Origin: an uncultured Bacillota bacterium
Lineage (GTDB): Bacteria; Sysuimicrobiota; Sysuimicrobiia; Sysuimicrobiales; Segetimicrobiaceae
Direction of reading: 5' to 3'
DNA length: 64,000 bases
Assembly: GCA_963804645.1 (NCBI GenBank)
Contig: CAWDRG010000008.1
Span: 50,253 to 114,252, forward strand
Part shown: positions 11,079 through 23,719 of the stretch, one piece after another
How positions within the stretch are numbered: the stretch's first letter is position 1
Layout of the letters: every line of letters starts with the position of its first letter
Made by a program: the position numbers and the translations under genes
The notes under the pieces: model-generated
The model's input: the letters and a program-made list of their open reading frames with translations, nothing else
What the model was told of the DNA's origin: nothing
Database searches by the model: none

Positions 11079-11414
11079 CTAGGACGACTTGGCCCCGGCA
11101 CTGGGCGCCACGGGCGTCGTGGACTTCTTGTCGCTGCCGCCGGCGGCGCCGTCACTGCTCCCCGAAGTGCTGGATGTCGTCGACGCAGCCGGCGCCGGCG
11201 CGGCCGGCTTCTTGGCGTCGCCCTCGACCGGCGCGGGCGTCTTGCGATAGTCGTTGATGTGGAATCCCGATCCCTTGAAGATGATCCCGACCGGAGAGAA
11301 CACCTTGCGCACTGGACCGCCGCAGCGCTCACAGCGCTCAACCGTCCCGCTGACGCCGTGCGTCACTTCGAACTGGTGGCCGCATTTCGTGCACTTGTAT
11401 TCGTAGAGCGGCAT
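11079..11414 (-). CDS. FmdB-family zinc-ribbon protein
   Basis: MPLYEYKCTKCG...CERCGG...GIIFKGSGFHINDY, low-complexity tail, GGAGG RBS. Confidence 0.93.
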   Translation of the reverse strand: MPLYEYKCTKCGHQFEVTHGVSGTVERCERCGGPVRKVFSPVGIIFKGSGFHINDYRKTPAPVEGDAKKPAAPAPAASTTSSTSGSSDGAAGGSDKKSTTPVAPSAGAKSS

Positions 11415-11495
11415 CCGTCACCTCCAACGCCGCACATGCTGCGGCCCCGCCCGCGCGGCGGGCAGGGCCGCCATGCGCTTCCGATACCTCTTCTT

Positions 11496-11524
11496 ATTGT
11501 GGGCTCCCCTCCACAGGGTGTCAA
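11496..11524 (-). promoter_or_regulatory. Sigma70-type promoter for the fmdB-MoxR/VWA operon
   Basis: TTGACA-17 nt-CACAAT on the minus strand. Confidence 0.6.
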
Positions 11525-11540
11525 GCAAGCCGGCGGCGCC

Positions 11541-12623
11541 TTATTGCCGCGCGAACGTCGCCACCCACACCGGCCCTGCGTTGTCTCCGGTGTCGGTGCC
11601 GAATGCGAGCCGGAGACCGTCCGGCGCCCACCGGATCACCATCGCCGTCCCGTGCTGCGGGAGCTCAGGACGGTAGTCGATCACCCTGAGGCGCGCCCCC
11701 GTCGCCGTGTTCACAACCTCAAGCGCGACCTCATCGGCCCCCAGGACCTCTCCGAATGCCAGCGACGGGCCGAACGGCGCCCACGCCAGCCCGGTGTAGG
11801 TGCCGGGGGGCGTGAGCGCCCGCCGCCCGCTCCCGTCGAGGCGGGCGACCGTCACGATCCCGCGCCCGCTCGCGACGGCGTCGGGCGTCCCGCCGACGTA
11901 GGCGACCAGCGTCCCTGTCCGGTCGAGCGCGGGGCCGCTCATCGCCGCGTCCGTGAGCGCCGTGGTGATGGTCAGCGTCGGGGGCACCGCGCGGATCCGC
12001 AGCACGCGGGTCGAGACCGCGCCGCCCCTCGGCCCCGCGGCGATCAGCAGGCCGCGGCCGTCCGGCAGCCACACCAGCGCCCGCGCCGCCAGACCGTCCG
12101 GGAGCACGACCCGCCGCGGGGATCGCGCGGCGCCGGCCCCATCCGACACGATGAGCTCATCGGCGTCGGAACCGCTCTGCACGTACGCCAACCGGCCGGC
12201 GCGGGGGGCCCACTCGACGAGCCGGACGTTCGCCGAGCCCGCAACCGGCACCGCTTCCGAGACGGAGGGATCCAGGGTGTACAGGGCCCCGCCCGCAACC
12301 GCGGCGAGCCCGGCGCGGCCGGGGCCCCACGCGACCGCGGTCACGCGTCCGATCGCCGCGAGGCGATGCGGGCCGGTCCCGTCGAGCGGCACCTGCCACA
12401 CCCCGCCGTCGGTCCCGAGCCCGACGGCGTCGCCCCGCGGCGCCCATGCCGGCGGGCTGAGCGCGGGCAGGTCGTAGACGCGCGCGGCGCGCACCACCCG
12501 CAGAAACGGCGGGCCCAGATCCACGGGCGTCCGCTGCACCGTGCACGCCGCAAATGCGAGTGCGGCTGCGAGGAGGACCCCCGGCAGCCGCACGCGCACG
12601 CCCCGGACGCGGGGGATCAGCAC
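11541..12623 (-). CDS. Putative lipoprotein with a TolB/WD40-like beta-propeller
   Basis: Lipobox-like LAFAAC and repeated WAP.G..LA[FY] blades. Confidence 0.75.
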   Translation of the reverse strand: MLIPRVRGVRVRLPGVLLAAALAFAACTVQRTPVDLGPPFLRVVRAARVYDLPALSPPAWAPRGDAVGLGTDGGVWQVPLDGTGPHRLAAIGRVTAVAWGPGRAGLAAVAGGALYTLDPSVSEAVPVAGSANVRLVEWAPRAGRLAYVQSGSDADELIVSDGAGAARSPRRVVLPDGLAARALVWLPDGRGLLIAAGPRGGAVSTRVLRIRAVPPTLTITTALTDAAMSGPALDRTGTLVAYVGGTPDAVASGRGIVTVARLDGSGRRALTPPGTYTGLAWAPFGPSLAFGEVLGADEVALEVVNTATGARLRVIDYRPELPQHGTAMVIRWAPDGLRLAFGTDTGDNAGPVWVATFARQ

Positions 12624-13837
12624 ACGCTATACTTGCCCTCCGCGAGATCCCGGCAGAAGACGTGGATGCCGGCGAGCTCCCGGTCGACGACCTCCAGCAC
12701 ACGCCGCTCGACCGCGGACTTGCGCACGCCCTTCTGGGAGATGATCTGCGCCGCCGTGACGGGCTGGTCGATCGGCTTGCCGATCTGGCTCACCATCCAG
12801 ATGTACACCTCGCGCAGTCCCGGGACTTCCTCGTACACCTTCTGCGCGACCTGGTGCGTGAAGATCGAGTAGATCTTCCCGACGTGAGACACCGGGTTCT
12901 TGCCCGCGGCGGCCTCGGTGCCCATCGGCCGGTTGATCGCGATCACGCCGTTCACCTTGTTCCCGCGTCCGATCTGGCCGCTGTCGCCCGATTCCGCGGA
13001 CGTCCCCAGTACCGACAGATACACGCCGTTGAGCCCGCGGCCGGGTTCGTCAAGGGTGTTGAGATCAAAAGAGATCTTGTCCATCGTGGTGCGCGAGGCG
13101 AGGAACTCCATCAGCGAGTCGTACAGCGCGCGCTTCCGGCGGAAGTAGTGCTCCTCCCCCTCGATGAACCGGTCCACAAACGCGACCGCGGCCGTGAGCC
13201 GCAGCTCGCGTCCCATGCGGACCCCCATGACCTTCACGTCCTCGCCGGCCTCGGGGAACTGCTCCTTGAAGGTGCTCGAGTTGATGAACTGCTCGGACTC
13301 GCGGACGAGGCGTTCCGTCTCCGTCGTCGGCCAGTACCCCACCGCGGCGGAGGTGTCGTTTGCCCCGGTGGTGTCTCGGCTGAAGATGTCGACCAGTTCC
13401 TGCGACCCCGGCTTGATCTCGTTCTGGTATGTGACGTGCGGCCCGTCCTGATCGTCGGCGCCGCCCGGGTCCACGAACCGGAGATTTTCGCGGATCCAGT
13501 CCTTCGCGGTCTTGATCGCGATCTCGCGAATCGGCAGCTCGCGGCCATTCAGCCCGTACGCCGCGCGATCGCCGAAGATGAGTTTCATCGGCTCCTTGAT
13601 CATCCCGCCGCCGAACTTGACCTGGGCGTCGCCCGCGACGAGAAACGCCTTGTCGATGTTGTGGTGCAGGATGTGGCCGAACTGGCTCAGGTACTCCTTG
13701 CTGAGGGCCACGGACACGCGGTCCATGATCGCGTCACAGATCGAATCCGGATGCCCGATGCCTTTGCGCTCGACCATCTCGACCTGCGTGTCCCCCACCG
13801 GGGTCCCGGGGAGAGTCTCTACCAAGATCTTTCGCAT
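12617..13837 (-). CDS. mat: Archaeal-type methionine adenosyltransferase (SAM synthetase)
   Basis: [82 protein letters not shown]. Confidence 0.93.
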   Translation of the reverse strand: MRKILVETLPGTPVGDTQVEMVERKGIGHPDSICDAIMDRVSVALSKEYLSQFGHILHHNIDKAFLVAGDAQVKFGGGMIKEPMKLIFGDRAAYGLNGRELPIREIAIKTAKDWIRENLRFVDPGGADDQDGPHVTYQNEIKPGSQELVDIFSRDTTGANDTSAAVGYWPTTETERLVRESEQFINSSTFKEQFPEAGEDVKVMGVRMGRELRLTAAVAFVDRFIEGEEHYFRRKRALYDSLMEFLASRTTMDKISFDLNTLDEPGRGLNGVYLSVLGTSAESGDSGQIGRGNKVNGVIAINRPMGTEAAAGKNPVSHVGKIYSIFTHQVAQKVYEEVPGLREVYIWMVSQIGKPIDQPVTAAQIISQKGVRKSAVERRVLEVVDRELAGIHVFCRDLAEGKYSVC

Positions 13838-13898
13838 CCATTCCTCCTTTAGTCGATCGGCCGCGCGCCCAGGCCGGGACGGCTGTCGGCGCGCGAGC

Positions 13899-14981
13899 TC
13901 AGCCCTTGGACGCCGCGGCCTCTTTCTCGCGGACGATCGCGTCGGCTTCCTTCATCAACCCGTCGAGGAGCTGGTCCTCGGGGAGGCTCGCCACCACCTT
14001 ACCCTTTCGAAAGATCAGCCCCATGCCCTTGCCGCCTGCAACACCCAGGTCCGCCATCCGGGCCTCCCCGGGCCCGTTCACCGCGCAGCCCATCACGGCG
14101 ACCTTGATCGGCACCTTGTAGCCGGCGATGCGCCGCTCCACTTCCTGTGCGAGCCGCACGATGTCGACGTCCGCGCGCCCGCAGGATGGGCACGCGATCA
14201 GCACCGGACCGTGCTCCCGGAGCCCGAGGGCCTTCAGAATCTCAAACCCGGCCTTCACTTCCTCCTCGGGCGGCGCGGCCAGCGACACCCGGATCGTGTC
14301 GCCGATCCCCCGCGACAGGATCGCCCCGAGGCCGACCGCGGACTTGACCGTCCCGCCCCACGCCGTGCCGGACTCGGTGATGCCGACGTGGATCGGGTAC
14401 GGCATCTGCTGCGACACCTTGACGTACGCTTCGAGCGCCATCTCGACGTCGCTGCCCTTCACCGACACGACGATGTCCCGAAAATCCAGGTCCTCCAGGA
14501 CCTTGATCTCCTCGAGCGCGCTCTCGACGAGCGCGTCGGCGCACGGCTCGCCGTACTTGCGCAGCATCTCCTTCGAGATCGAGCCGACGTTCGCGCCCAC
14601 GCGAATCGGGACGCCCCGCGCCTTGGCCTCGCGGGCGACGATCCGCACGCGGTCGGCCTCCCCGATGTTCCCCGGATTGAGGCGGAGCTTATCGACGCCC
14701 GACTCGAGCGCGGCGAGCGCGAGCCGGTAGTCGAAGTGAATGTCGGCGACCAGCGGCAGCCGGATCCGCGTCTTGATCTCCCGCAGCGCGGCCGCGGCCG
14801 TCTGATCGGGCACGGCCACCCGCACGATCTCGCAGCCGAGCGTCTCGAGCCGCTCGATCTGCGCCACCGTCGCATCCGGGTTGCGGGTGTCGGTGGTCGT
14901 CATCGACTGCACGGCGACCGGTGCCCCGCCGCCGACCGGCACGCGGCCGATCTGTACTTGACGCGTCTCCGTCCGGTTCAT
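13899..14981 (-). CDS. ispG: (E)-4-hydroxy-3-methylbut-2-enyl-diphosphate synthase
   Basis: VQSMTTT, PLVADIHF, RLNPGNIG, GIGDTIRVSL, CPSCGR, MGCAVNGPGEA. Confidence 0.97.
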   Translation of the reverse strand: MNRTETRQVQIGRVPVGGGAPVAVQSMTTTDTRNPDATVAQIERLETLGCEIVRVAVPDQTAAAALREIKTRIRLPLVADIHFDYRLALAALESGVDKLRLNPGNIGEADRVRIVAREAKARGVPIRVGANVGSISKEMLRKYGEPCADALVESALEEIKVLEDLDFRDIVVSVKGSDVEMALEAYVKVSQQMPYPIHVGITESGTAWGGTVKSAVGLGAILSRGIGDTIRVSLAAPPEEEVKAGFEILKALGLREHGPVLIACPSCGRADVDIVRLAQEVERRIAGYKVPIKVAVMGCAVNGPGEARMADLGVAGGKGMGLIFRKGKVVASLPEDQLLDGLMKEADAIVREKEAAASKG

Positions 14982-15013
14982 GCCGCGCTCCCGCAGGATG
15001 CCCTGCACACGCT

Positions 15014-15041
15014 AGTGTAGTTGGAGCCGCGCGCCGGACAA
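15014..15041 (-). promoter_or_regulatory. Possible internal promoter upstream of ispG
   Basis: TTGTCC-16 nt-TACACT. Confidence 0.35.
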
Positions 15042-15057
15042 TCCTGCCGCAGATGTG

Positions 15058-16107
15058 TCACGGCAGGTTCAGGTGAATCGGATGCATGACGTCCCGCACC
15101 GTCAGCGCGAGGATCAGGCACAGGAGCAGCATGAGCCCCGCCAGATGGACGTAGCCCTCGCGGCGCGGATCGAGGGGGCGCCGCCGGAGTCCCTCCACCA
15201 CGAGAAACGCGGCACGGCCGCCGTCGAGCGCGGGGAACGGAAACAGGTTGAAGAGGCCGATGATGATGCTAAAGAACGAGGTAAAGTACAGGAACGTCTC
15301 GCCCCCGGCCTGCGCGGCCTGCCCGAGCACGTTGACCGCGGTCACCGGGCCGCCGAGCTGGCCCAACAGCTGGTGGGACACGGCCAAGTTCCACAGCGCG
15401 CTCAGGTACGCGCCGAGATCCCGCCCCGTGGTGAGGATGCCCCAGCCAACGGCGCGCACCGGATCGAGGCGAGTGCGGCTCACCACCGGGATGAACCCGG
15501 TCACCCAGACGCGCTGCTGCGGGTCGTACTTCGTCGGCACGTGGACCATGAATCGCGTCCCGTTCCGCTCGATGACGATCGCCAGCGTCCGGTCGCCGCT
15601 CGCGTGGATCAGCCGGATCATCTCGTTGCCGTCGCGCATCGGACGCCCGTCGATCGCCACGATCACGTCCCCCGGCTTGAGCCCCGCGTCGGCGGCCGGG
15701 TAGCCCGGGTAGACCTTGTCGATGGTCGTACCGACCTGGCCCGGCATCCCGTAGGCCATCGCGATGCCGGCGAGCAAGACGATCGCGAGAAGAAAGTTCA
15801 TGACGGGCCCGGCGCACACGACGGCCAGTCGGGCGGCCACCGATTTCGATCGGAACCGCCGCTCGGGCGGGACGTCGGGTGAGGACGTGTCGCTGTCCTC
15901 GCCGGCCATGCTGACATAGCCGCCGAGCGGCAGCAGATTGAGGCTGTACGTCGTCTCGCCGCGGGTGAATGCCAGCAGCTTCGGGCCGAACCCGATCGCG
16001 AACGCGTGCACCGCGATCCCGACACGCTTCGCCACGATGAGGTGCCCGAGTTCGTGCACGAGAATCATCAACTCCAACGCCAGAATCGCCAAAATCAACC
16101 TCGGCAC
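15058..16107 (-). CDS. rseP: RIP metalloprotease RseP (M50 plus PDZ)
   Basis: HELGH, GFGP, AGPVMN, PDZ segment AGLKPGD, NLFPFPALDGG. Start approximate, after GGGAGG. Confidence 0.95.
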   Translation of the reverse strand: MPRLILAILALELMILVHELGHLIVAKRVGIAVHAFAIGFGPKLLAFTRGETTYSLNLLPLGGYVSMAGEDSDTSSPDVPPERRFRSKSVAARLAVVCAGPVMNFLLAIVLLAGIAMAYGMPGQVGTTIDKVYPGYPAADAGLKPGDVIVAIDGRPMRDGNEMIRLIHASGDRTLAIVIERNGTRFMVHVPTKYDPQQRVWVTGFIPVVSRTRLDPVRAVGWGILTTGRDLGAYLSALWNLAVSHQLLGQLGGPVTAVNVLGQAAQAGGETFLYFTSFFSIIIGLFNLFPFPALDGGRAAFLVVEGLRRRPLDPRREGYVHLAGLMLLLCLILALTVRDVMHPIHLNLP

Positions 16108-16156
16108 TGCCAACACCCTCCCAGTCCGCCGGGTCCTGCCCGGAGCGTCGTCTCGA

Positions 16157-17311
16157 TCACGAGATCGCGGTGCGCGCGCGCAGGGCATCGACCCGCGCGT
16201 CGCGGTCCGCCTCAAGGACGTCGTCGAGGGTCTCGGCGGTCCGCTCGCGATGCCGGTCGAGCACGAGACGGATCACCTCGGCGATTTCCAAGAACTCAAT
16301 GTCTCCGGCGAGAAACAGCCCGACGGCCGCCTCGTCCGCCGCGCTGAGCGCCGCCGGCGTCGTCCCGCCCCGCGCGAGCGCCTCCCGGGCGTAGGCGAGG
16401 CATGGGAAGCGCTCCACGTCCGGCGCCTCGAACCCGAGCGCGCCGAGCGTCCGGAGGTCCAGCGGCGCGACCGCGCTCGGCCGGCGCGCGGGGTAGGTCA
16501 GCGCGTACTGAATCGGCAAACGCATATCGCGCGGCCCGAGCTGCGCCAGGACCGTGCCGTCCACCAGCTCGACGCACGAGTGGACCAAGCTCTGCGGGTG
16601 AATCACCACCTCGATCCGGTCGACCGGCACGCCGAACAGCCAATGCGCTTCGATCACCTCGAACCCCTTGTTCATGAGGGTCGCCGAATCGATCGTCACC
16701 TTCGCCCCCATGCGCCACGTCGGATGACGGAGCGCCTGGGCCGGCGTCACGTCGGCCATCGAGGCCCGCGGGGTCCGAAGAAACGGGCCGCCGGAGGCGG
16801 TGATCCACAGCCGCCCGATCTCCGCGGCGTCGCGGGTCCCCAGACATTGAAACACGGCCGAGGGCTCGCTGTCGACGGGGAGCACCCGCCGGCCCGTCCG
16901 GGCCGCGGCCGCGACCACCAGCGGGCCGGCGGCGACCAGGACCTCCTTCGTCGCCAGCGCCACGTCGCGGCCCGCGTCGAGCGCCGCGAGCGTCGGGGCC
17001 AGGCCGTCGATGCCCACAACGGCTACGAGCACGATCTCGGCCGCGGGGCCGGCGGCCAGGTCGGCCAGCGCCCGGGGACCGCAGAGCACGTCGCCATCCC
17101 ATCCGGGTGTCTGCGCGCGCACCGCGCGGGCGGCCTCCGGGGTCGCCACGGCCACGGCGTCCGGCCGAAACTCCCGCACCTGCTCGCGCAGCAGCGCGAC
17201 GTTGCGGCTCGCCGACAGCCCGACGACCTGCACGTCGCCGAGGTCCCGTACCACGTCGAGCGCGGCGCGGCCGATCGATCCGGTCGAGCCCAGCACGATC
17301 ACGCGGCGCAT
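16157..17311 (-). CDS. dxr: 1-deoxy-D-xylulose 5-phosphate reductoisomerase
   Basis: LGSTGSIG, LPVDSE, TASGGPF, HPTWRMGAKVTIDSATLMNKGFEVIEA; TGATG overlap with cdsA. Confidence 0.97.
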   Translation of the reverse strand: MRRVIVLGSTGSIGRAALDVVRDLGDVQVVGLSASRNVALLREQVREFRPDAVAVATPEAARAVRAQTPGWDGDVLCGPRALADLAAGPAAEIVLVAVVGIDGLAPTLAALDAGRDVALATKEVLVAAGPLVVAAAARTGRRVLPVDSEPSAVFQCLGTRDAAEIGRLWITASGGPFLRTPRASMADVTPAQALRHPTWRMGAKVTIDSATLMNKGFEVIEAHWLFGVPVDRIEVVIHPQSLVHSCVELVDGTVLAQLGPRDMRLPIQYALTYPARRPSAVAPLDLRTLGALGFEAPDVERFPCLAYAREALARGGTTPAALSAADEAAVGLFLAGDIEFLEIAEVIRLVLDRHRERTAETLDDVLEADRDARVDALRARTAIS

Positions 17312-18171
17312 CAGAATCCCGGCCACGCGAGCATGATCGCGTAGCCCGCGACGGCCGCGAACAGCAATCCGTCGAAGCGGTCGAGGATGCCGCCGTGGCC
17401 CGGCAGCACGCCGCCGGCATCTTTCACGCCGACCTCCCGCTTGATCGCCGACTCCCAGAGATCGCCGCAGACCGCGGCCAGCGCACACACGCCGCCCACC
17501 ACGCACGCGAGAGCTACCGGCAGCGCGGTCGCCGCCGCGAACACGGCGCCGAACAGCAGTCCGGCGGCCAGCGCGGCCACGGCCCCTTCCACCGACTTGT
17601 GCGGGCTCACCATCGGCAGGAGCTTGCGCCGCCCCCACGCCAGACCGACGAAGTACGCCGCCGTGTCCGACGCCCACACGGCGCCGATGACGAGCAGCGC
17701 GGGCAGCGGGCTCGCCGCGTGCGCGGGCCCGAACGGAAGGACGCGCAGCTGCATCAGATAGCCCAGCAGATAGCCGACGTACACGGCGCCGAGCAGGGTC
17801 ACCCCCGCGTTGGCGAGGCTTCGCTCCGCGCGCCCCCGCCGCAGCTGCACGAGGACCGTGTAGCCAAGCAGCGCGGGCACCACGAACGGCTGCCACGCCC
17901 CGGGGTACGCGGCGCCGACGATGAACAGGACGCCGGCGGCCATCCCCGCCTCCCACACCGGCCGGTACCCGGCGCGCTCCGCCATCCGATAGAACTCCGC
18001 GAGCCCGACCACCGCGACCGCGGCGAGGCCCACGACCAGCCAAGGGGCCCCCGCCAGCACGAACCCGACGACCAGCGCGCCCCCGAGCACGCCGGTCACC
18101 AGGCGGGTCCCGAGCGCACGCTCGCGCGGCGCCGCCTGCGCGGACACGGCGACGCGGCCGGAGTTGGACAC
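17311..18171 (-). CDS. cdsA: Phosphatidate cytidylyltransferase
   Basis: WASDTAAYFVG, SPHKSVEG, GDLWESAIKR...KDAG...PGHGGILDRFD. Confidence 0.95.
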   Translation of the reverse strand: MSNSGRVAVSAQAAPRERALGTRLVTGVLGGALVVGFVLAGAPWLVVGLAAVAVVGLAEFYRMAERAGYRPVWEAGMAAGVLFIVGAAYPGAWQPFVVPALLGYTVLVQLRRGRAERSLANAGVTLLGAVYVGYLLGYLMQLRVLPFGPAHAASPLPALLVIGAVWASDTAAYFVGLAWGRRKLLPMVSPHKSVEGAVAALAAGLLFGAVFAAATALPVALACVVGGVCALAAVCGDLWESAIKREVGVKDAGGVLPGHGGILDRFDGLLFAAVAGYAIMLAWPGF

Positions 18172-18172
18172 G

Positions 18173-18953
18173 CTATCCAACGTCGACGCCCCCGAACCGG
18201 CGCGCACGCCCCTGGAACGCCCGAATCGCACCGAACAGATCGGCCTTGGCAAAATCCGGCCAGCGGACGTCGGTGAAATACAGCTCCGCGTACGCGGCCT
18301 GCCACAGCAGGAAATTGCTCAGGCGCTGCTCGCCCCCGGTCCGGATGAGCAGGTCAGGATCCGGCAGGTCCGGGGCGAACAGGGCGCGCGAGATCGAGTG
18401 TTCGCCGATCGCCTCGGGCGACAGCCGGCCGGCCTGCACGGCGCGGGCGAGCTGCCGCGCCGCCTCCGTGAGTTCCCGCCGGCCCCCGTAGTTCAGCGCG
18501 AGGTTGAGCGTGACCCCGGTATTCTCGCGCGGTGAGGTCCACGACGCGCGCGAGCGCCGTCTGGACCGCCCCCGGCATCTCCCCGATCAGCCCCGACGCG
18601 CGAAAGCGCACGCCGTTTCGGTGGAGGCCGTCCGCCTCGACGTTCAACGTCTCGATCAGCAGATCCATCAGCGCCTGCACTTCCTCCGGAGGACGCCGCC
18701 AGTTTTCCGTGCTGAACGCGTACAACGTCAGAATCTGCACGCCGCACTCGCGCGCGCCTTCAAGCGTGCGCCGGATCGCCTCACGTCCGGCGCGGTGTCC
18801 CTCGAGCCGCGACAGCCCGCGCACTTCCGCCCAGCGCCCGTTCCCGTCCATGATGATGGCGATGTGCCTGGGGATCCGGGTCGGGTCGAGCGAGGCCAGG
18901 AGCGCCTCCTCGCGCCGCAGCTCTTCCGCGCCCTCACGCACCATGACGCGCAT
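18173..18953 (-). CDS. uppS: Undecaprenyl diphosphate synthase; +1 frameshift near 18530
   Basis: HIAIIMDGNGRWA and YAFSTENWRRP in one frame; LNLALNYGGR, DLLIRTGGEQRLSNFLLWQ and RRFGG in the next. Confidence 0.93.
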
Positions 18954-19091
18954 AACGCTCCCCGGCCGCAGGCCCGGCGGCCGCCCGTCCGGCCCGTCCC
19001 GGCGCCGCCCTCCAATGTACCACGGCCCCCTCGCCGTGAGGGGGCCTCGTCCACGCTCTCGCGCCCGGCCCACCGCCGGCGGCAGGTCCGC

Positions 19092-19312
19092 TCACACCCC
19101 GGCGTCCTCCGCCCGCTCGCCGCAGACGATCAGCTGGACGTGATCGCCCGCCGCGAGCCGCTCGCGCACTACCCGCTCGGGGGCCCGCAGGCTGCGTCGC
19201 GGCGGACACGTCCGCACGACCTCGACGGCCGTCCACTGCGCGGCGGCCAGGAGGTCGCGCGCGTCCTCCAGGGTATACCCCACGACATCCGGCGGCAGCC
19301 GATCGGCGGCCA

Positions 19313-19316
<4 letters not shown>
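19092..19316 (-). CDS. Small PASTA-like domain protein
   Basis: PDVVGYTLEDARDLL PASTA-like start; overlaps the frr stop. Confidence 0.7.
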
Positions 19317-21214
<1,898 letters not shown>

Positions 21215-21256
21215 TCTGCCCCTCCCACCGTCCCGCCGACGCATGCCGCGCGGGCG

Positions 21257-22069
21257 TCACGCTTGGACTTCCTGCTCCTCGGCCGGCTCCTCGACGACTT
21301 CCTCCTCGCCCGGCAGCCCGGCCATCGGCGCCGGCTCGACGTCGGCGGCGGCCGCCGCCTCCTCCTCGAGCACCTCGGCCTTGCGGCGCTCCTCATAGCC
21401 CTCGAGGGCGGCGTTCGCGATCCGGTTCGTGATCAGGCGTACCGCCCGGATCGCGTCGTCGTTGCCGGGAATCGGATAGTCGGCCTCATCCGGATCGCAG
21501 TTGGTGTCGATGATGGCCACGATCGGGATCCCGAGCTTCCGGGCCTCCGCGATCGCGATGTGCTCCTTGCGGGTATCCACGATGTACACGGCGGTCGGCA
21601 GCACCTTCATCTGCGAGATCCCGCCGAGATACTTCTCCAGCCGCGCCAACTCGTCCATCAGCCCGGCCTGCTCGCGCTTCGGCAGGACCTCGAGCGTCCC
21701 GTTGTCGCGGATCTCGATGAGCTCGTGCATGCGGTCGATGCGGCCCTTGATGGTCTGGAAGTTGGTCAGCATGCCGCCCAGCCACCGCTGGTTGACGTAG
21801 AACTGATGGGCCCGGGTCGACTCCTCGCGGATCGCGTCCTGCGCCTGCTTCTTCGTCCCCACGAACAGCACCGTGCCGCCCTGCGACACGGTATCGCGGA
21901 CGAATCGATAGGTCGTCTCGATCAGGGGAACGGATTTCTGCAGGTCGATGATGTGGATCCCGTTGCGCTGCGTGAAAATAAAACGGGCCATCTTCGGGTT
22001 CCACCGCCGCGTCTGATGGCCGAAATGGACACCCGCTTCAAGAAGCTGCTTCATGGTCACAACTGCCAC
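21257..22069 (-). CDS. rpsB: 30S ribosomal protein S2
   Basis: [44 protein letters not shown]. Confidence 0.98.
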   Translation of the reverse strand: MAVVTMKQLLEAGVHFGHQTRRWNPKMARFIFTQRNGIHIIDLQKSVPLIETTYRFVRDTVSQGGTVLFVGTKKQAQDAIREESTRAHQFYVNQRWLGGMLTNFQTIKGRIDRMHELIEIRDNGTLEVLPKREQAGLMDELARLEKYLGGISQMKVLPTAVYIVDTRKEHIAIAEARKLGIPIVAIIDTNCDPDEADYPIPGNDDAIRAVRLITNRIANAALEGYEERRKAEVLEEEAAAAADVEPAPMAGLPGEEEVVEEPAEEQEVQA

Positions 22070-22216
22070 TGCGCCACCCCTCTCCGGTTATGCATCCGCC
22101 CCGTTCATCCCAGCCCGGAACCCGGGCGCCCGTCCCCGGCGTGTCGCCGGGCACGTGAGCGCGATCCGGGCACCGCCGGTCCGGTCCCTGGAGCGTGCGA
22201 AAGATCCTGCTGGCGT

Positions 22217-22246
22217 AGTATAGCATAGGCCCTGGCCGTGAGACAA
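22217..22246 (-). promoter_or_regulatory. Promoter of the rpsB-tsf operon
   Basis: TTGTCT-18 nt-TATACT with an extended -10 TG. Confidence 0.65.
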
Positions 22247-22270
22247 ACGCCCGCCCACGGCGCGGGCGGG
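22241..22270 (-). terminator. Possible intrinsic terminator after hslU
   Basis: CCCGCCC/GGGCGGG hairpin followed by a short T-rich GTTTGTCT. Confidence 0.4.
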
Positions 22271-22278
22271 GCCGCGCG

Positions 22279-23718
22279 CTATAGGACGTAGCGGCTCAGA
22301 TCGCGGTCGGCGAGGATGTCGGCGAGGCGCGCCTGGACGTACGCGGCGTCGATGACGACGCGCGAGGCCACCTCGGGCGCGGCGTACGAGATCTCCTCGG
22401 TCACTTTTTCCAGAATGGTGTGCAGCCGCCGGGCCCCGATGTCCTCCTGCTCGCCGTTCACCGCCGTCGCGATCCGCGCGATCTCGCGGATGCCGTCGGG
22501 CGGAAACTCCACGGCGACGCCCTCGGTCGCGAGCAGCGCCGTGTACTGCTTGGTCAGGGCGTTCTCCGGCTCCACGAGGATCCGAACGAAATCCTCCTCG
22601 GTGAGGGACTCCAACTCCACGCGGATCGGCAGGCGGCCCTGGAGCTCCGGAATCAAATCGGACGGCTTGCTCACGTGGAACGCGCCCGCCGCGATGAACA
22701 GCACGTGGTCGGTGCGCACGGGACCGTGCTTCGTCGTCACGGTGGACCCTTCGATGATCGGCAGGATGTCGCGCTGGACGCCCTCGCGCGACACGTCCGG
22801 GCCGGCCCCGCCCTGCCGCCCGGCGATTTTGTCGAGTTCGTCGACGAAGATAATGCCCGCCTGCTCCGCGCGGCGCACACCCTCCCGGACGACGTCCTCC
22901 ATGTCGATCAGCTTCTGCGCCTCCTCGGCGGTCAGCGCCCGGAGCGCGTCGGGGACGCGCATCCGCCGCTGCTTCCGCCGCCGCGGCAAGAGCGTCCCGA
23001 ACAGATCCTGCAGGTTGATGCCCATCTCCTCGACGCCCTGGCCGGAAAACACCTCGACGGTCGGGAGCGCGCTCTCCTCGGTTTCGATCTCGACCGTCTC
23101 CCGATCCAACTCCCCGCGGTCGAGGCGGGCGCGCATCGCGGCCCGCCGCTCGCGCAGATCCTCGGGCGGCGCCGCGGCCGGCTCCGCCGGCGGCATCGCC
23201 ATCCCCGGCCGGCCGGCGCCGAACAGCGCCTCGAGTGGGTTCGGCAGGCCCGAGGGCTTGCGGGGCGCCGGGACGAGCACCTCGATCAGACGGTCGCGCG
23301 CCTGGGCCGCGGCGCGGTCCTGCACAGCCCCCACCCGCTCGGCCCGCACCATCTGGATCGCGGTCTCGACGAGATCGCGGACCATCGAGTCCACGTCACG
23401 GCCGACGTACCCCACCTCGGTGAACTTGGTCGCCTCGACCTTGACGAACGGCGCCGCCGCGAGCCGCGCGAGCCGCCGCGCGATCTCGGTCTTCCCGACG
23501 CCGGTCGGGCCGATCATCAGGATGTTCTTCGGGATGACCTCGTCTTTCAGATCGGGGCCGAGCCGGCTGCGCCGGTACCGGTTGCGCAGCGCGATCGCGA
23601 CGGCGCGCTTCGCGGCGGCCTGGCCAACGATGTACTTGTCGAGCTCCTCCACGATCCGGCGCGGGGTCAGGGACTCGATCGTCAGCCGTTCGTCGGCCCG
23701 CGGGGACGCGTCCATCAC
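22279..23718 (-). CDS. hslU: ATP-dependent protease ATPase subunit HslU
   Basis: [60 protein letters not shown]-terminus. Confidence 0.98.
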   Translation of the reverse strand: MMDASPRADERLTIESLTPRRIVEELDKYIVGQAAAKRAVAIALRNRYRRSRLGPDLKDEVIPKNILMIGPTGVGKTEIARRLARLAAAPFVKVEATKFTEVGYVGRDVDSMVRDLVETAIQMVRAERVGAVQDRAAAQARDRLIEVLVPAPRKPSGLPNPLEALFGAGRPGMAMPPAEPAAAPPEDLRERRAAMRARLDRGELDRETVEIETEESALPTVEVFSGQGVEEMGINLQDLFGTLLPRRRKQRRMRVPDALRALTAEEAQKLIDMEDVVREGVRRAEQAGIIFVDELDKIAGRQGGAGPDVSREGVQRDILPIIEGSTVTTKHGPVRTDHVLFIAAGAFHVSKPSDLIPELQGRLPIRVELESLTEEDFVRILVEPENALTKQYTALLATEGVAVEFPPDGIREIARIATAVNGEQEDIGARRLHTILEKVTEEISYAAPEVASRVVIDAAYVQARLADILADRDLSRYVL

Positions 23719-23719
23719 G

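Noticed and set aside
16157..18043. 628-aa extended or fused Dxr
   Set aside because: The extension is an alternative frame of cdsA; the real start is the ATG at 17311.
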